The notes beneath the pieces were generated by a model. The model searched no databases, had not been told where the DNA came from, and was given only the letters and a program-made list of their open reading frames with translations. This document shows, piece after piece, positions 25,616 to 38,775 of a stretch of 64,000 nt of DNA. The position numbers and the translations under genes are program-made. Source of the stretch: Lama glama (taxonomy: Eukaryota); assembly GCA_028534125.1 (NCBI GenBank), contig CM052818.1, forward strand, positions 7,442,001 to 7,506,000, written 5' to 3'. The first letter of the stretch is position 1; each line of letters opens with the position of its first letter.

Positions 25616-25734
25616 TCCTACCTGCCCTCTCCCTTCCTCTTCTTTCTTTATCCATCTCTAATTCCTTCTGTTGCTGTTTCTCCCCGCCTCCTCACCTAAT
25701 CCACTGTCCCCATTGACACAGGGATGTACTTCAG

Positions 25735-27150
25735 TATCGCCCAGTTATCCTCCTTTAACCCCACGTACCCGTCTAGCCACTGCCTAGTTTTCTCTCCCCC
25801 AGCAGGAAAACTTGTAGCAACAATAGGCTTCATGTATTATTTCCATTTGTCCCCTTACTGCAACTTGCCTTTTATCCACAGTGCTCCACCCAAACTGCTC
25901 TTAGAAAGGACCCCGTGCCCACCACCGTGTAAATCCAACAGTCCCTCTAGTTTTCCTGCCGTACATGACTTCCCAGCAGAATTTGATACAGTGACACACC
26001 CTCGGTCCTGAACCGGTCTCCTCGTGTCTCCCCTGGCATCCAGACTCTGCTTCCTTCCGAGCTCCTTCTTGGCTGCTCCTGTCAGCTTTTCCTCTTCTAC
26101 TCAACCCATAAATGTGGCAGTTTATTTGCATTCAGCTCTGGGCCCTCTCTTCTCCCTGCCTTCTTTTTTTTTTTTTTTTTTCTCCTAAAATGTAGGGCTC
26201 AGATGATTTCATTATAGAAAAATAAAGTCATTTTTTCTCCTAGAGCTTCTCAGGGAGGCTGACAGTCATCTCTAAAGAACAAGCAAACATAAATCTTCAT
26301 TTCTAACCTTGATAAGTACTTTGAAGGAATTTTAAATCGAGAGAGAGCCCAGTGGAGAGCCCAATTCATAGCGATGTCTTCTGGGGGACAGGGAGGGGAG
26401 ACCTTGCTGAGAAAGCAACATTTAAGCTAACACCTGAAAGAAGGATGGGAGTTGGGCAGGTGCAAAACAAAACAAAACAAAAAACAGCAAGAACTAATGC
26501 TGAGGACACCCACAGTCCTACCTCCAACCCAGACCTCTACTCTGTGCTCTGTTTATACCTTCTGGACATTTCCACAAGGTTGCCTCTCAGATATCTCAAA
26601 CTTATTATGTCCACAACAGAAATTTGGGTTTCCTCACATGTGCTGGTTTTCTTCCATACTCACCCTCTTCAGTAAGTGGCTTCATTTTCTACTCGTTGAT
26701 TTAACAGAAAGCTGAGAGCTCTTTCTGACCCCTCATTTCCCCTCACTCCCCAAATCCACCCCAATGACAAAACCTGTTGTTCCTACCACTAAAATATACC
26801 AAGAATCCATCCCTATGTTCCACTGCCACCAACCTGGTTTGAGCCACCATCTTCCATCACCTAGATGATGCAGTAGCCTCTCATCTGCTATCCTAACCTA
26901 CATGCAAGCCCCATCCATTCTCCATGCAACAGGCAATGTGGCTTTTCAAAGTTGGGAAGTGCTTGAAATCTATCAACAGCTTCCTATGTTACTTACAATA
27001 CAAATTCTCTGACATACTGCATGCAGGTGTGCATGATCTGGCCCCTGCCTACCTTCCCAACCTCAGCTTGGGCTACCTTCCCCTCACTCACTATATTGCA
27101 CCATCATGGCCATCTTTCAGTTCCCCCAAGCCATCCCACTCCTATATGCT
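25735..27150 (+). mobile_element. L2 LINE fragments (with a short antisense L2 piece at about 26280-26460)
   Basis: CAGCAGAATTTGATACAGTGAC, CTGGACATTTCCACAAGG..TATCTCAAACTTATTATGTCCACAACAGAA, TGATCTGGCCCCTGCCTACCT. Confidence 0.7.
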
Positions 27151-27940
27151 GCTTGTCACAATTCAGGTGACTAAGACATATCTTTTTCTCTAAACCATTG
27201 AGTTCTCATTCTCCAGAGTGGTAGAAACTTATCTAAGCCAACTTGCAGTTTCTTTGGTGGTGTTTATCTTGCTGGATATTTAAATTGTACCAGGACATTG
27301 GGTTGGTGAAGGCCCATTGATCTTGAGTCCACTTGACCACAAGGGTGTCCTCTGAGACATCCTTTGTTCTCCTAGTTGTAGGCCATGGAGACCTGCTGGT
27401 CATCACTGAGATGAGTTCCTGGTTTCTTTGCCCCTTCGTGAGTGGTCTGGGCTCTCCTTGTGGCTTTCGTGTCTCATTTGGGAGCCAGGACTCTGCCTGG
27501 CTGTGTAACAACTATTTGTCCAGACTTGTGGCACAGCCATTCCCTAGCTAGGGTCTTTCTTCCTCTTGACCCACCCCTCCACACGTGATCTTCAGGACCA
27601 GCAACATCTCTGGCCTCCTTATGTCCCGTTCCCCCCATCCCCCGCCAAAGCCTGGAGTATCTTTTCTAGTCCAGAGAAGACACTGCTCTTCTGAAACCCC
27701 ACATCTCCCAAATATTTTGCATCTCACAAATGTTTTGCCTCTGAACAGTCCCCTAAGAGCCACTGGGCTTTGGAAACCAAAGCAAGAAAGATTCATTTCT
27801 TTCTGTTACATCTGCTGTAAAGCAACCGAGCACCTTGGCTGGAGGGATGGGCAAAGGGGAGAAATAATAGAAACATAAAACACCAGTAAAATTTCAGAAA
27901 TGTTATCCCACCCCATTTCTTCAATGTCCGCCTCTCCCAC

Positions 27941-28017
27941 TGTATTAGTTAAGATTCTCCAGAGAAACAGCACCAATATTGGATGGATAGATAGGTAGCT
28001 GATAGATAGAATGATAG

Positions 28018-28067
<50 letters not shown>

Positions 28068-28230
28068 TTCAGGAATTGGCTCACACAATTGTGGGGCCTA
28101 GCAAATCCAAAATCTCCATGGTGAAATAGAGACCCAGGGAAGAGTTGATTCTGCAATCTTGAGTCCAGAATTCCTTCCTTCTTAGGGGGTCTCAGTCTTT
28201 TCTCTTAAGGCCTTCAACTGATTCGATGGG
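27941..28230 (-). mobile_element. MLT2-type ERVL LTR, partial
   Basis: TGTATTAGTTAAGATTCTCCAGAGAAACAGCACCAATA, AGGAATTGGCTCACACAATTGTGGGG, CTCTTAAGGCCTTCAACTGATT. Confidence 0.85.
27981..28067. repeat. (GATA)n microsatellite inside MLT2
   Basis: About 12 perfect GATA units (28019-28067) with a degenerate 5' extension. Confidence 0.95.
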
Positions 28231-30502
28231 CAGGGAGAAGGAGGGATTTGTCCTTGCTTCACTGGTGGCATGCTTATTCTGTTTTGTGGTTGATCCTATA
28301 TGCCTAATTCCATGGTAGTGTGGAGTTAATGGAAAATCCGGCAGACTCCTAGCTCACATGATTATGGCTGTCATCATAGTTGTGGAATCCCTGAGTCAGT
28401 CAGTTGCCAAGTCCCAATTATGCTTCCAAACATCCCTGATGCCCAGTTGCACATGGATACAGTCTGCATCTTCTAGCAACGTCTTTCAAGCTACAGCTAT
28501 GTAAGTGTAAGTCACATCCTCAGATCCCTTCTATGCAAAGAAGAGTATCATTTGTATAGCAGTCAGTATATAGTCAAAAGATTAAGAGATTGATCCAAGT
28601 AGGAGCTGGAGTTCAGTACTTTAATCATCTCTGGAAGCAAAAATGGGAATTGAAGTAGTTAATAAGAACAAAAGCAATAGCTACCAGAATCCATGTACAA
28701 CCATGTCATTCTCTTCAAGATCCACTTTGCTTTGAGTGCTTTAACTTAAATCCTAAATGGTAACACTAATTCCTTTTATGTTACACATTATGTAACCAAA
28801 TAACAAGAATCAGGCAATTCTGGTTTCGGATTTCACTCAGAGTCTCCCCTACCCTGCTTAGCTGATAGTGAAATGTACAGACAAGACTTGTCTAACACCC
28901 TGATGTCTAGAACACAGGCAAGTACGGTAGGAATGGAAAGGTCATAATGGAAGGTCATTCTATGAGTTCTTGAGAAAACAGAAGGTCTGATCAGATGATT
29001 ATCAGCTCTCTTTCTCCTCCTCCTGAGTTGGAACACTTTTAAAGTGTGTTTTTTAAATTAATTGTACATTCCTGAATGTTCCAAGCATTGGAAAGAACTG
29101 AACTAGACAGATTTTAAACATTCACAGGTTGATGGATCCTTGTGTTTTCAACTCTGACCATTTAGGAGCAACAGGTGCGTTTGTGTTCTGTCCCGCTAAA
29201 AACTAAGCAAGTGATTTTTCCCTTTCCCCTCTCTCCCTCCAGATTTCTGAAGACTAAATCTAGGTTCTATGAAGTAGTGTAGCTCTGATATTGAGGTAAA
29301 AATTCAGTCAATTTTTATTTCCTGAGGGTAGGTTAGATACTGAACTATTGAATGATTCAGTTTTTAAGGTAAATGACTTGTATGACCTAAAGAACATTTC
29401 AGTAGTACATCCCAAGTTACAACAACAATAAATAACAAAAGACATAAAATAGCTGCAAATCTATTTGCTAAGATAATTATAAAACTAGTGTAGAAAATAA
29501 AGTATGAAAAAAACTATATAATTTCTTTAAATGGCACCTTTTTTGCTTGATCAATTGATGAGGCAAATAGCTGATAAATTAATTAGATCTTTAATATAGA
29601 ATGAGTATTTTCATTTTATGTCCCTAAGTTTGTAACAAGCAGATTAATTCCTATTTGATGTCCTTAAGTTCGTAAGTGGAGAATGTATGACAGTGTATCA
29701 TATCATGTATATTCTGGCTCTACTTTTAATAATGGGTATGATTAATTCTTTAAAACCATTCTTTTTGGAAGTTCCAAGGTTGTAAAGAATGGTCTTCTGT
29801 CTCAAACCATGTGACAAAGTCTAATGAGGAAAGTAAGAGTGCTACAGAGTGACATTTGTAATTACAGGTACCAGTTTAGTGGTGATACCTACAAGGGTCC
29901 CCACAGTTAGGCAATAAAAGAAATGTAGAACTGAGTAATAGTTTTACTATTTGGAAGTATTTTGTTTGGGACATAGATGGCTTTCCCTACACTCCTCCAT
30001 CGACATATGAAAAATTGGGGCAAAAGCTATTTTTTCATGCCAGCAAGTTGAGTTTTCTAAAAAATATCAGTTAAATTCTTAATTGTTCGATTAGTACCAT
30101 CCCCAGTTAAAAGGTAATATTCATAGTTTTCAGTTTTCATCCACTTAGGGAAACACTGGGTAATGAAAACCAATCTCAAAGGGAAAAAGAAGAACAATAA
30201 GAAAGTCCCATTTGAAATGGAGCCAAGTCATCTGGAATTGGGTTGGGTTCATTTTGTGGGTGGGCAGCTCTCCCAAATGCTTTCCTGCCTTCTCCTTTTG
30301 CATTCCATAACTCCTGGGGGGGCTGGAAAGTGAGGGAAAGTGGGGATTCTGCCTGCAGGCTAAACACTAGAATAATCTGTACCACCAAGGTAGAAAAAGA
30401 AAACCGCTCAGAATTCATGCTGAGAAAACTGCAAGGTGAGCCACTACTGCTGATCTTCTACCAAAACAGTTGAAGTGTCATTTCTCCAGGCTATTTCTCT
30501 TT

Positions 30503-30595
30503 AAAAAAAAAAAAAAAAGCTACCTATCTATATCTATATCTGTATCTATATCTATACACACACAAACACACACACACAAGTGAATATACATATAT
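30503..30595. repeat. poly(A) plus (TCTATA)n/(CA)n low-complexity tract
   Basis: Seen directly. Confidence 0.8.
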
Positions 30596-32039
30596 GAGTG
30601 AATGAAATGATGAGGTACAAGGACCACCACCCAGATGCCAAATTCATTAGCCAGTAAGTCTGAGATTGGTAAAAAGTCCTGCTGTTGTTTCCTATATATG
30701 CCCCACCTCAACAGATGACTCACTCAAATTCACACTGGACCCAGTCACAGAGGAGGCAGTCAGTGGCTAAAAGTGACTGAACACTTTAGGAAATTAGCAT
30801 TTTGGTCTCTCAGTTGGTGGGTCCGATTATATTTTTGCATCTTAGGACTCATCTCACTATGGCCCAGCCTCATCCAGAGGCCCCCGAGAGGGGATGTGGG
30901 GCAGGCACAAGAGTCTCCATGACTTGAAAAGTTCTTTGAGAGACCAATTGTCTGTGGAGATGAATGGTTACAGTCACTGGGCTCTCAAAACTGGAATGCA
31001 GCTTATGAAGTAGAGCATTATTATTCCCCAACCCACATTCTGCAGAGGAAGTGGAACCTCTCCAGCCGGTTGGTGAGCTTCTCAGCTGTTCACCTCTGCA
31101 CTTCATTTCCAAGGGGAGCTTATTTCCTACACCTAACCAGCCACAGGGAAAGAAATCAAAGGTCTAATTCATAAAGAGGCATTTGATTTCAGGCACCACC
31201 TGGTTTCCCAGGATGTCAACGTCCACCAGAGCTCAGAGAGGCTGTCTGGTCTATTCCTGCCCCAGGTCTGAGCTTTGTGGCCCCGTAGAAAGGCAGACCT
31301 CCCTGTGGGCCTCAGAAAGCATAGGCCTGCTCGTTTCAGATCTATTGCTCTGTCTGATGAACCAGAGACTGGTCCCAACCAGACCAGCTAGAAAGGGACC
31401 AGGGTTGATTCTCATACCATTTTGGGGCCTCTGAGCCAACCCCTCCCAGTCAGGACAAGTTCTCCATTTCATAAAGGAGTTTGAGGGGTCTCTTTCTTTT
31501 TATTCTCCTTTACATGAGGGTCCTAACTCCAGAGTCTAGGACTTAGAGAAAGGTCTTCCTTCTCCTTCAGATCCTCTTTGGAGCAAAACCCTGGTGGTGA
31601 TCCCTTGGATTTTCCGGGTCCCTGAATCAGGCAGGCAGTTCAGTTCTGGCTACTGCCTTCACTGTAAACAGGTATTAGGTACCCTGTTCATGACAATACT
31701 TGCAGTTAAATACAGGCATCTTATTCAAACAGGAAATTTACATTTTTCACATTCTCTAGCCAGAGCTAAGGAGGATGCTAAAGAAGCAGCAGTGCAGATC
31801 AGGAATTTGTGGAATGTGAATGTTCTTCATGCTTCTCTCTATTGGAAACAATGGTATCTTCTTAATCCTCTTTATCCACCCTGTGTGATAATGGCCCACT
31901 TTCCATTGGGCCACTAGAAGGTAGCTCACTCTTCATCTGGTGACAGCTCCGAAAGAACTAGAGCATGGCATGGTGCTTACAGGATCAGCCTTTGGCATTA
32001 GAATAGACCCACTTTCAAACCTCCAGGCCACTCCATCAT

Positions 32040-32410
32040 TTAAAGGATAGGACTTGAGGAGGACTAATCAAGAGAAGAGGAGAACGAGAAAGGCCTGGTA
32101 TCTGGAAAGCCAAGAAAAGAGACAAAGTCTGCTGCACAGTGGACAGGTAAGACAGGTACATGATGGATCATGAAGGAATGGACTGTTTCCAGGAACTTGG
32201 CTGTGAGGCACAGGGACAGTGGTGGGCAGGCTGGGGAGAGAGGTTATATTTTAAGGGGGAGAACTGACCATGTTTCTCGGCTGCAGGGAAGGGACCAGAA
32301 GTGGGGAGAAGAAGTAAAAAGGAGAGAGCAGAGGCCCAGGAGAGATTGGATCCAATGTCCCAACGGAGGCTCTGGGTAGGAGAGAATCCAGCTTTCCCTT
32401 TGCAAAAGCT
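32040..32410 (-). mobile_element. L2 fragment
   Basis: TCTGGAAAGCCAAGAAAAGAGA, TTTCCAGGAACTTGGCTGTGAGG, GGATTGGATCCA-like purine-rich antisense L2 text. Confidence 0.55.
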
Positions 32411-32482
32411 GGAAGGTGAGTGTGTTTGCAGAAGTGCCTGAAGTTCGAGGGTGGGAGTGGAGGGAGTTCATGTAATCGAAGC

Positions 32483-32859
32483 TGTTATGGACTAAATGTT
32501 TATGTCTCCCCAAATTCATATATTGAAGCCCCAAACCCCAATGTGATAATTGTGATAATATTTAGAGGTGGGGGCCTTTGGGCAGTGATTAGGTTTAGAT
32601 AAGGTCAGGAGGGTGGGTCTCCTATGATGAGATTAATGTCCTTATAAGAAGAGAAAGAAACCAGAGCCTTCTCTCATTGTACCACCTGAAGGTACAGCAA
32701 GAAGCCAGCCATCTGCACACCAGGAAGAGGGCTCCCACCAGACACTGAAACTGCAAGCCCCCGATCTTGGACTTCTCAGCCTCCATAACTGTGAGAAATA
32801 AAAGTCTGTTGTTTAAACAACCCCTAAGCCTATGGTTACAGTAGCTTCTGACTAAAACA
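32483..32859 (+). mobile_element. MLT1A-type MaLR solo LTR with intact 5-bp TSD
   Basis: TGTTATGGACTAAATG...ACTAAAACA with AATAAA near 32797. TSD GAAGC at 32478-32482 and 32860-32864. Confidence 0.92.
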
Positions 32860-34631
32860 GAAGCCTTGGTCATCTGTGGAGGGAAGGGTGGCCATCGCTG
32901 AGGAGGGGCCAGGGGTATAGCAGTGAAGGTTAAAGACTGCAGCTGGGAGAATCAGGGGAAGAAAGGATGCTGATCAAGGGCTGTGGCTGTGCTGAGAACC
33001 CGGCAGAGGTCAGAGGACAAAGGTTTGTCAAACCCACACCACAAGATGGTGAATTCCTATGCTGCTCTCAGGAGCCCTCACATAGAAAGAAAGAAGAAAA
33101 TGGTCGGGGGTGATCCACAGAAGAGGGTTTGTGGGGCTGACACAGCAGGAGGAATGGGCAAGGAGGTTGGGGCTGGTCACAAGAGAGTGACAGAAGAGTT
33201 GTGTCCTGGGGACCAGCCATGGTGTCAGTGATGGGCTGGAAATGAGGGGAGCTGAGCAGCAGATGAACTGGGAGAAGGGGGTGATGTGCTGAAACTGAAG
33301 GAAGAAGGGTGAGTGTGACTAGGGAGAGAGATGATAGTAGGTGGATAGATAGACAGATGATAGGTTGAGCAGGTCTGAGTTACTTAAGTGAAGTAGGGTT
33401 GAAGTATTTTGGTAAGATGTTGTCAGATAATCTTCTAGAAAGTTAATCTTTTTCTGGAAGAAAATAGAGGAAGCATACCCCTTAGAAGGCTAATGTAACC
33501 ATCCAGTTCAGAATGCCTGCTGCATTTTCCCTCCTGTGCCCGTGGCAGTCGGTCACCATTAATGGTCAACCACACTCTTTCCTGCTAAACTCAAAATCCC
33601 TTTCAACACAGGGCTCCGGTAGCCACTACCAATTAATTGGAATTGGCCCATGAGATGGAAACTGCTTTCAGTTCTGGTCCAGATGAAAGGTAATAAGCCT
33701 GGGCGAGGATTTTAAGCAGCAGGGACGGAGTGATAGCAAGATGAAGACCCTTCTTTATCTAGGAAAGGACACCTCACAGCCCCACCTCCTTGGTTCACAG
33801 AACCCTGAGAGAGCCAAGGGTGACTCTAGAGACAAGCCCAGAAGTCAGAATTGCCCTGGGGACACGTGTAAGACCAGTTTGTACTGAAGCCCCAGAGCTC
33901 ACCTGGACTGTCCCTCATTGTCCCAGATGGAAACCCCAGGTTCGGTTAGCCTTCGCTGGCTTCCAGAGGTGGAGAAGGAGGCAGACCACGGATCTCATGA
34001 CTCAGTGATCTTCCACGTCGGGGACAGATGAGGGTTTCTGGCCCTGGCTTGGTAGGAGCTCGAGAGAGGATGCAGTTAATTCCCTTTAGTCACTCTGGGT
34101 GACTAAACAGAAGCAGCTTTGGGCTCATCTCTGAGAAACACCTGTCACTTTATCTAATCCATTTTCCCTTTGGGGGAGCAGCTTCAGCTGGCAGGAAGCT
34201 TCGTTTCCTTCCTCTCTGCTGGAATTCCTCGATATTAGGCCTTTGTTTTCTTCAGCCATTGAAAAACTGATCTCTGATTGCATAATATGACTGACACTGT
34301 AGAATCCCATTAAGCCAAGTGGTGGTAATAGATCAGATATGCATGTAAAGAGTTAGGAACATTAATCCCTGACTTGTCACCACAACTTCCTTTAGACTGT
34401 TATTATTCAAAAGATTAAGTCATCTATATGCCATCCTGGTCTCCACTTGTTTAGGACTTTTAAAATTGTTGTTCCATAATGAAATGGCTTCAGTATGAAG
34501 GCTTCTGGGACTGGTTTTTGCCCTCTGTCTCTTTGTTCATGTCTGTTTCTTCTTTGGCTCTTACCAGGAGAGCCAGGAACTGGAGAGAAAGGAAAACCTC
34601 TGCCTGTTCAATGATCCAGAAGGGACTAGGA

Positions 34632-34682
34632 TTCCTTCCTTCCTTCCTTCCTTCCTTCCTTCCTTCCTTCCTTCCTTCCTTC

Positions 34683-34749
<67 letters not shown>

Positions 34750-34790
34750 ACTTTCTTTCTTTCTTCTTTCTTTTCTTTAACTTTTTTTAT
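34632..34790. repeat. (CCTT)n(CTTT)n polypyrimidine microsatellite
   Basis: About 50 bp of CCTT followed by about 70 bp of CTTT, lying where the L1 poly(A) tail would be. Confidence 0.95.
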
Positions 34791-35412
34791 TGAGTAATAG
34801 TCATTTTACAATGTTGTGTCAAATTCCAGTGTAGAGCACAATTTTTCAGTTATACATGAACACACATATATTCATTGTCACTTTTTTTTTCACTATGAGC
34901 TACCACAAGATCTTGTATATATTTCCCTGTGCTATACAGTATAATCTTGTTTATCTATTCTGCATTTTAAAATCCCAGTCTGTCCCTTCTCACCCCCCAC
35001 CCCCTTAGCAACCACAAGTTTGTATCTATGTGTCTATGAGTCTGTTTCTGTTTTGTATTTATGTTTTGTTTTGTTTTGTTTTTCTTAGATTCCTCATATG
35101 AGCGATCTCATATGGTATTTTTCTTTCTCTTTCTGGCTTACTTCACTTAGAATGACATTCTCCAGGAACATCCATGTTGCTGCAAATGGCGTTATGTTGT
35201 TGGTTTTTGTGGCTGAATAGTATTCCATCATATAAATGTACCACATCTTCTTTATTTAGTCATCTGTTGATGGACATTTAGGCTATTTCCATGTCTTGGC
35301 CATTGTAAATAGTGCTGCTATGAACATTGGGGTGCAGGTGTCTTTTTGAAGTACGATTCCTTCTGGATATATGCCCAGGAGTGTGATTACTGGGTCATAT
35401 GGTAAGTCTGTT
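34634..35412 (-). mobile_element. young 5'-truncated L1 with TSD and microsatellite tail
   Basis: TSD CAGAAGGGACTAG(G/A)ATT at 34617-34633 and 35413-35429. L1 3' text homologous to 13249-14025. Confidence 0.93.
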
Positions 35413-36140
35413 CAGAAGGGACTAGAATTTAACCAAAACATATAGATCTATAGAACAAAGGCTTATTGAAAGAGTTACAAAGGAGCACAGCACTAAGATT
35501 GTGTGTGTGTGTTTGTGTGTGATGTGTAACACAAGGGCAGAAGGAGGGAGGATGAAAGAGCAGAATGGCCTTGTGTGGGCAGGTGGAGGTGTGACTTGAA
35601 ACACCTATGACCAGACACACACCTAGCAGGTTTGAAGCCTGAGATTAACACACATGCTCCCTGTTACCCATCACCTAGTATTTCCTCAAGGTTGAGCTGT
35701 ATTGGCATTCAGCCTCCCACACTTCTTTCTGTCATCTCCTACTCTAATTATTAAAAGATTAAGTTCTCCAGAGTAAGTGGCAGAATTGCTTCAGGTGCAG
35801 TTTCTTTTGGCTAGGACCAAATATGTAACATTACAGATAGCAGTAGGAATCCAGTAATTAATTTAAAAACGAGTCAACATTCAAGATATACGCAAAAGTT
35901 CCTAAGGCTGTAGGCCGTATTCCTAACAGGGCTTTAATAGCTACAAGCAAGCTTCTGGTCCTGCTCCCTTGCACTTTAGCAGAAGGATCTTTCCTTAGCT
36001 GATAGGCATTAACTGAGCACCTATTGATGAATAGGAAGGATACCTGGATTAAGAGAAGCTGACCTTAGTAAGTTCACAGATCTTAGTTTACAGGCTGGTT
36101 AGGAAGGAATATTAACATACCTTGGGCAGTAGGTGCCTGC

Positions 36141-36484
36141 TGTATATATGGACTGATTGTGTCCCCACAAAATTTGTGTATTGAAGCTGAAACCCCAGTG
36201 TGATGGCATTTGGAGGTGATGGCCTTTGGGAGGTGATTAGGTCATGAGAGTGAAGCCCTCATGAATGGGATTAGTATGGTTATAAAAGAGGCCCCCTGCC
36301 GCTTGTGCCGTGTCAGGACACAATGGGTAGTCAGTCGTCTAGGAAGCAGGCTCTCACCAGACACCAATGTGCTGGTGCCTTGATCTTGGGCTTTCCAGTC
36401 TCCAAAACTGTGAGAAAGAAGTTTCTGTTGCTTGTAAGCCACCCAGCCTATGGGCTTCTGTTATCGTGGACTGAATGGACCACA
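36141..36484 (+). mobile_element. MLT1A-type MaLR solo LTR
   Basis: GGCCTTTGGGAGGTGATTAGGTCATGAG, GCCCTCATGAATGGGATTAG, TTGATCTTGGGCTTTCCAGTCTCCAAAACTGTGAGAAA. Confidence 0.88.
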
Positions 36485-38384
36485 GTGGCACCTCTGTGAT
36501 TCTATCCACAGGCTCCAAAACACGTGCAAGATGTGCTAGAAGGAAATGCGTGAGGTTCAGAGAAAGAAGAAAAGTTTTTGGAGGAGGTGAGCTATGAACT
36601 GATTCTAAATACAAAGCAATGAACTGTTTTTGTTTTAAAAATAGCTTTGGAATTTTTAATTATAAGACTAATAACTGTTTGTATTAGAAAATACAGGTTA
36701 GGAAAAAAAAAGTTTAAACTCCCAACTATCCCAACACCCAGAAGTAACTGTCGGGCGGGCATGACCCTGCAGCCCAGACCCCGTCTTTTTCCCGACCCCC
36801 TCCCCGCCCTGTCAACCATTCTGGTCTGATCTACTTCACACCGACAAAGCGTCCTCATTAGATTTCATTTCACAGAATGTTTTTACTGCTGCAGCAAGTT
36901 TGAAAACCACTGCTAAACACCAGGACCAGGTAAATCTCCCTGAATCCTGATTTCCTTGCATCACTCTCCTTCTGATCAACCGCCAAGGGCAACCTCCTTA
37001 GCTTCTGCTTCTTGGCCACCATCTATCTTTGCACCCTGGTTTCCCATCAACCGCCCCCTCCACCCCAAGACCCTGCTTCTAGAATACGATGTGCACATTC
37101 CTACTCCCTATCTTTTGCTCACATCTTTCTGCTACATTATAGGCCCAGATCTTCTCTTCGAATATTTGCATTCAAACTCTATAACCTGAGTTTGTTTAGC
37201 TTTATTGGCCTATGACTCATAGCAATAGCAGCTCCCTACGTTGCCCCATCCGAGTGAAGCAAGATCTCTGAGGCCCTTCAAAGTCATACCCAGAAATTTC
37301 ACCCCACGTGTTGTTTGACTGTTCCCACTCCAGCCACCTTTATGCCCCATGTTTGTGCTTCTAGCCAAGGCCACCCACCACTCCTTACGTGCCCTCCACA
37401 AATACTGTAATGTCTTTTCTCCTGATGGACCCAAGACTCAACCCTCGAGGTGCCAGCCTGTGTCCCCTGGAGTCCTCAAAGCACAGGTGCTAGGCCAGCC
37501 TCCACCCTCTGGACTCCAGGGGACACTATTCACAGCTCTATGACGCAGATCCTTCCTGAAAGCAGTTCTTAGGCATCTGCCCTCTTTCCACAGGCTCAGA
37601 CCAGAGTCCTTCCCAGTCTCCCCCACAGAGGCACCCTTGACAATTTCTCATGCAAATACACATCTGAGAGCTGTTTGTCCGGCTGTACTTGGACGTACTC
37701 GGATATACTTGGATGTGTTCTAGTCTTGCTGGTGGAACTAGTTAAGGTTCAAATCAGGAACCCCATTACATTCCCTTTAAGACCGTCAGACTCAGCACCA
37801 ACCTTTATAAAATCTTTTTCTCAGGCTAAATAAACATACAAGCCTCTGTAGCAGTCATGGTTGTACAATTGATTTGGTAATTAATCATGTTTTTTCCTTA
37901 TGGTAATGCTCTGTTCTTTCCTCAAATTGGTATTAAAATTTTTATTGTACCAGAAAAAAATATTTTAAAGGAATATCTTTCTGATTCTGGGGATATTAAG
38001 CAACGAAGGATATTCCTCTTCTCTATCAGTCCTTAAGAACATAGGTGTGGCTTGAATATTTAAAAAGCATCAGCATTTCACCTTTATGTCTTGTGTCATC
38101 ATTGTAAGGACTATGGTTTTCACTGCTTTGCGTTTATAACCATGCCTGGTAGTCAATAGGCACTCATATACCAGTTGGCTTTTTCATTTCAGGGAGGTTT
38201 AAGGTCATTATTTGTACCTTAAGATAGCAGAGGTAAAAAGACAAGACAAAATAAAACAGAAGTTATAAAAAAACATTTTCAGAAAGAATAACCATGGAAG
38301 AAAGTTTACGTCAGCATTTTGGTGATAGACTAAAAGATTCCTGAAGTTATCCTCCTTGTAGGCATTGCTTGAAAAGTCACACAT

Positions 38385-38685
38385 TGAGTATCTCATTTGC
38401 CTATTCCATAAATGTGTATTAAGCACCTACTGTGTATCAAACAGACAACATCCATGCCCTCCAGAAACTTCCAGGTTAGTACAGAGAGCCAAAGACTAAG
38501 CTAGATCCTTTCAGACTGTGATAAGTACCTTGAAGGAAATAAACAGAATGGGGAGTAAGAATGCAGCTCTTTTGGATTAAATGCTCAAGGAAGACTTTCT
38601 GAGGAGGTGATATTTAAGCTGAAACAGATGGATGACAAGGCACCAACCACGGGCAAAGTCAGGAAAATAATGTTCCCAGGGACAC
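38385..38685 (-). mobile_element. L2 3' fragment
   Basis: TATTAAGCACCTACTGTGTATCA and AGGAAGACTTTCTGAGGAGGTGATATTTAAGCTGA. Confidence 0.7.
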
Positions 38686-38687
38686 TA

Positions 38688-38775
38688 CATGCAGTCTCAC
38701 AGGTTATGCACTGCTTATGAACTCCATTTACATGGACAACAATGGCACCCCCTAGAGTTGTGCAGTGCAGCAGCA
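38688..38775. mobile_element. MER91-like hAT-Tip100 fragment
   Basis: AGGTTATGCACTGC...ATGGCACCCCCTAGAGTTGTGCAGTGCA inverted-repeat layout. Confidence 0.5.

Noticed and set aside
25199..25699. 166-aa ORF and other overlapping ORFs in the CpG island
   Set aside because: GC-rich DNA is stop-poor, and the Arg/Pro/Ala/Gly-rich products match no known family.
28787..28796. PAR-bZIP/NFIL3 D-box matches (also 55021 and 58674)
   Set aside because: A few matches to this AT-rich 10-mer are expected by chance in 64 kb, and they are not clustered.
37685..37714. Short tandem duplications (10-mer x3 here, 12-mer x2 at 56347-56370)
   Set aside because: Ordinary slippage products with no further structure.
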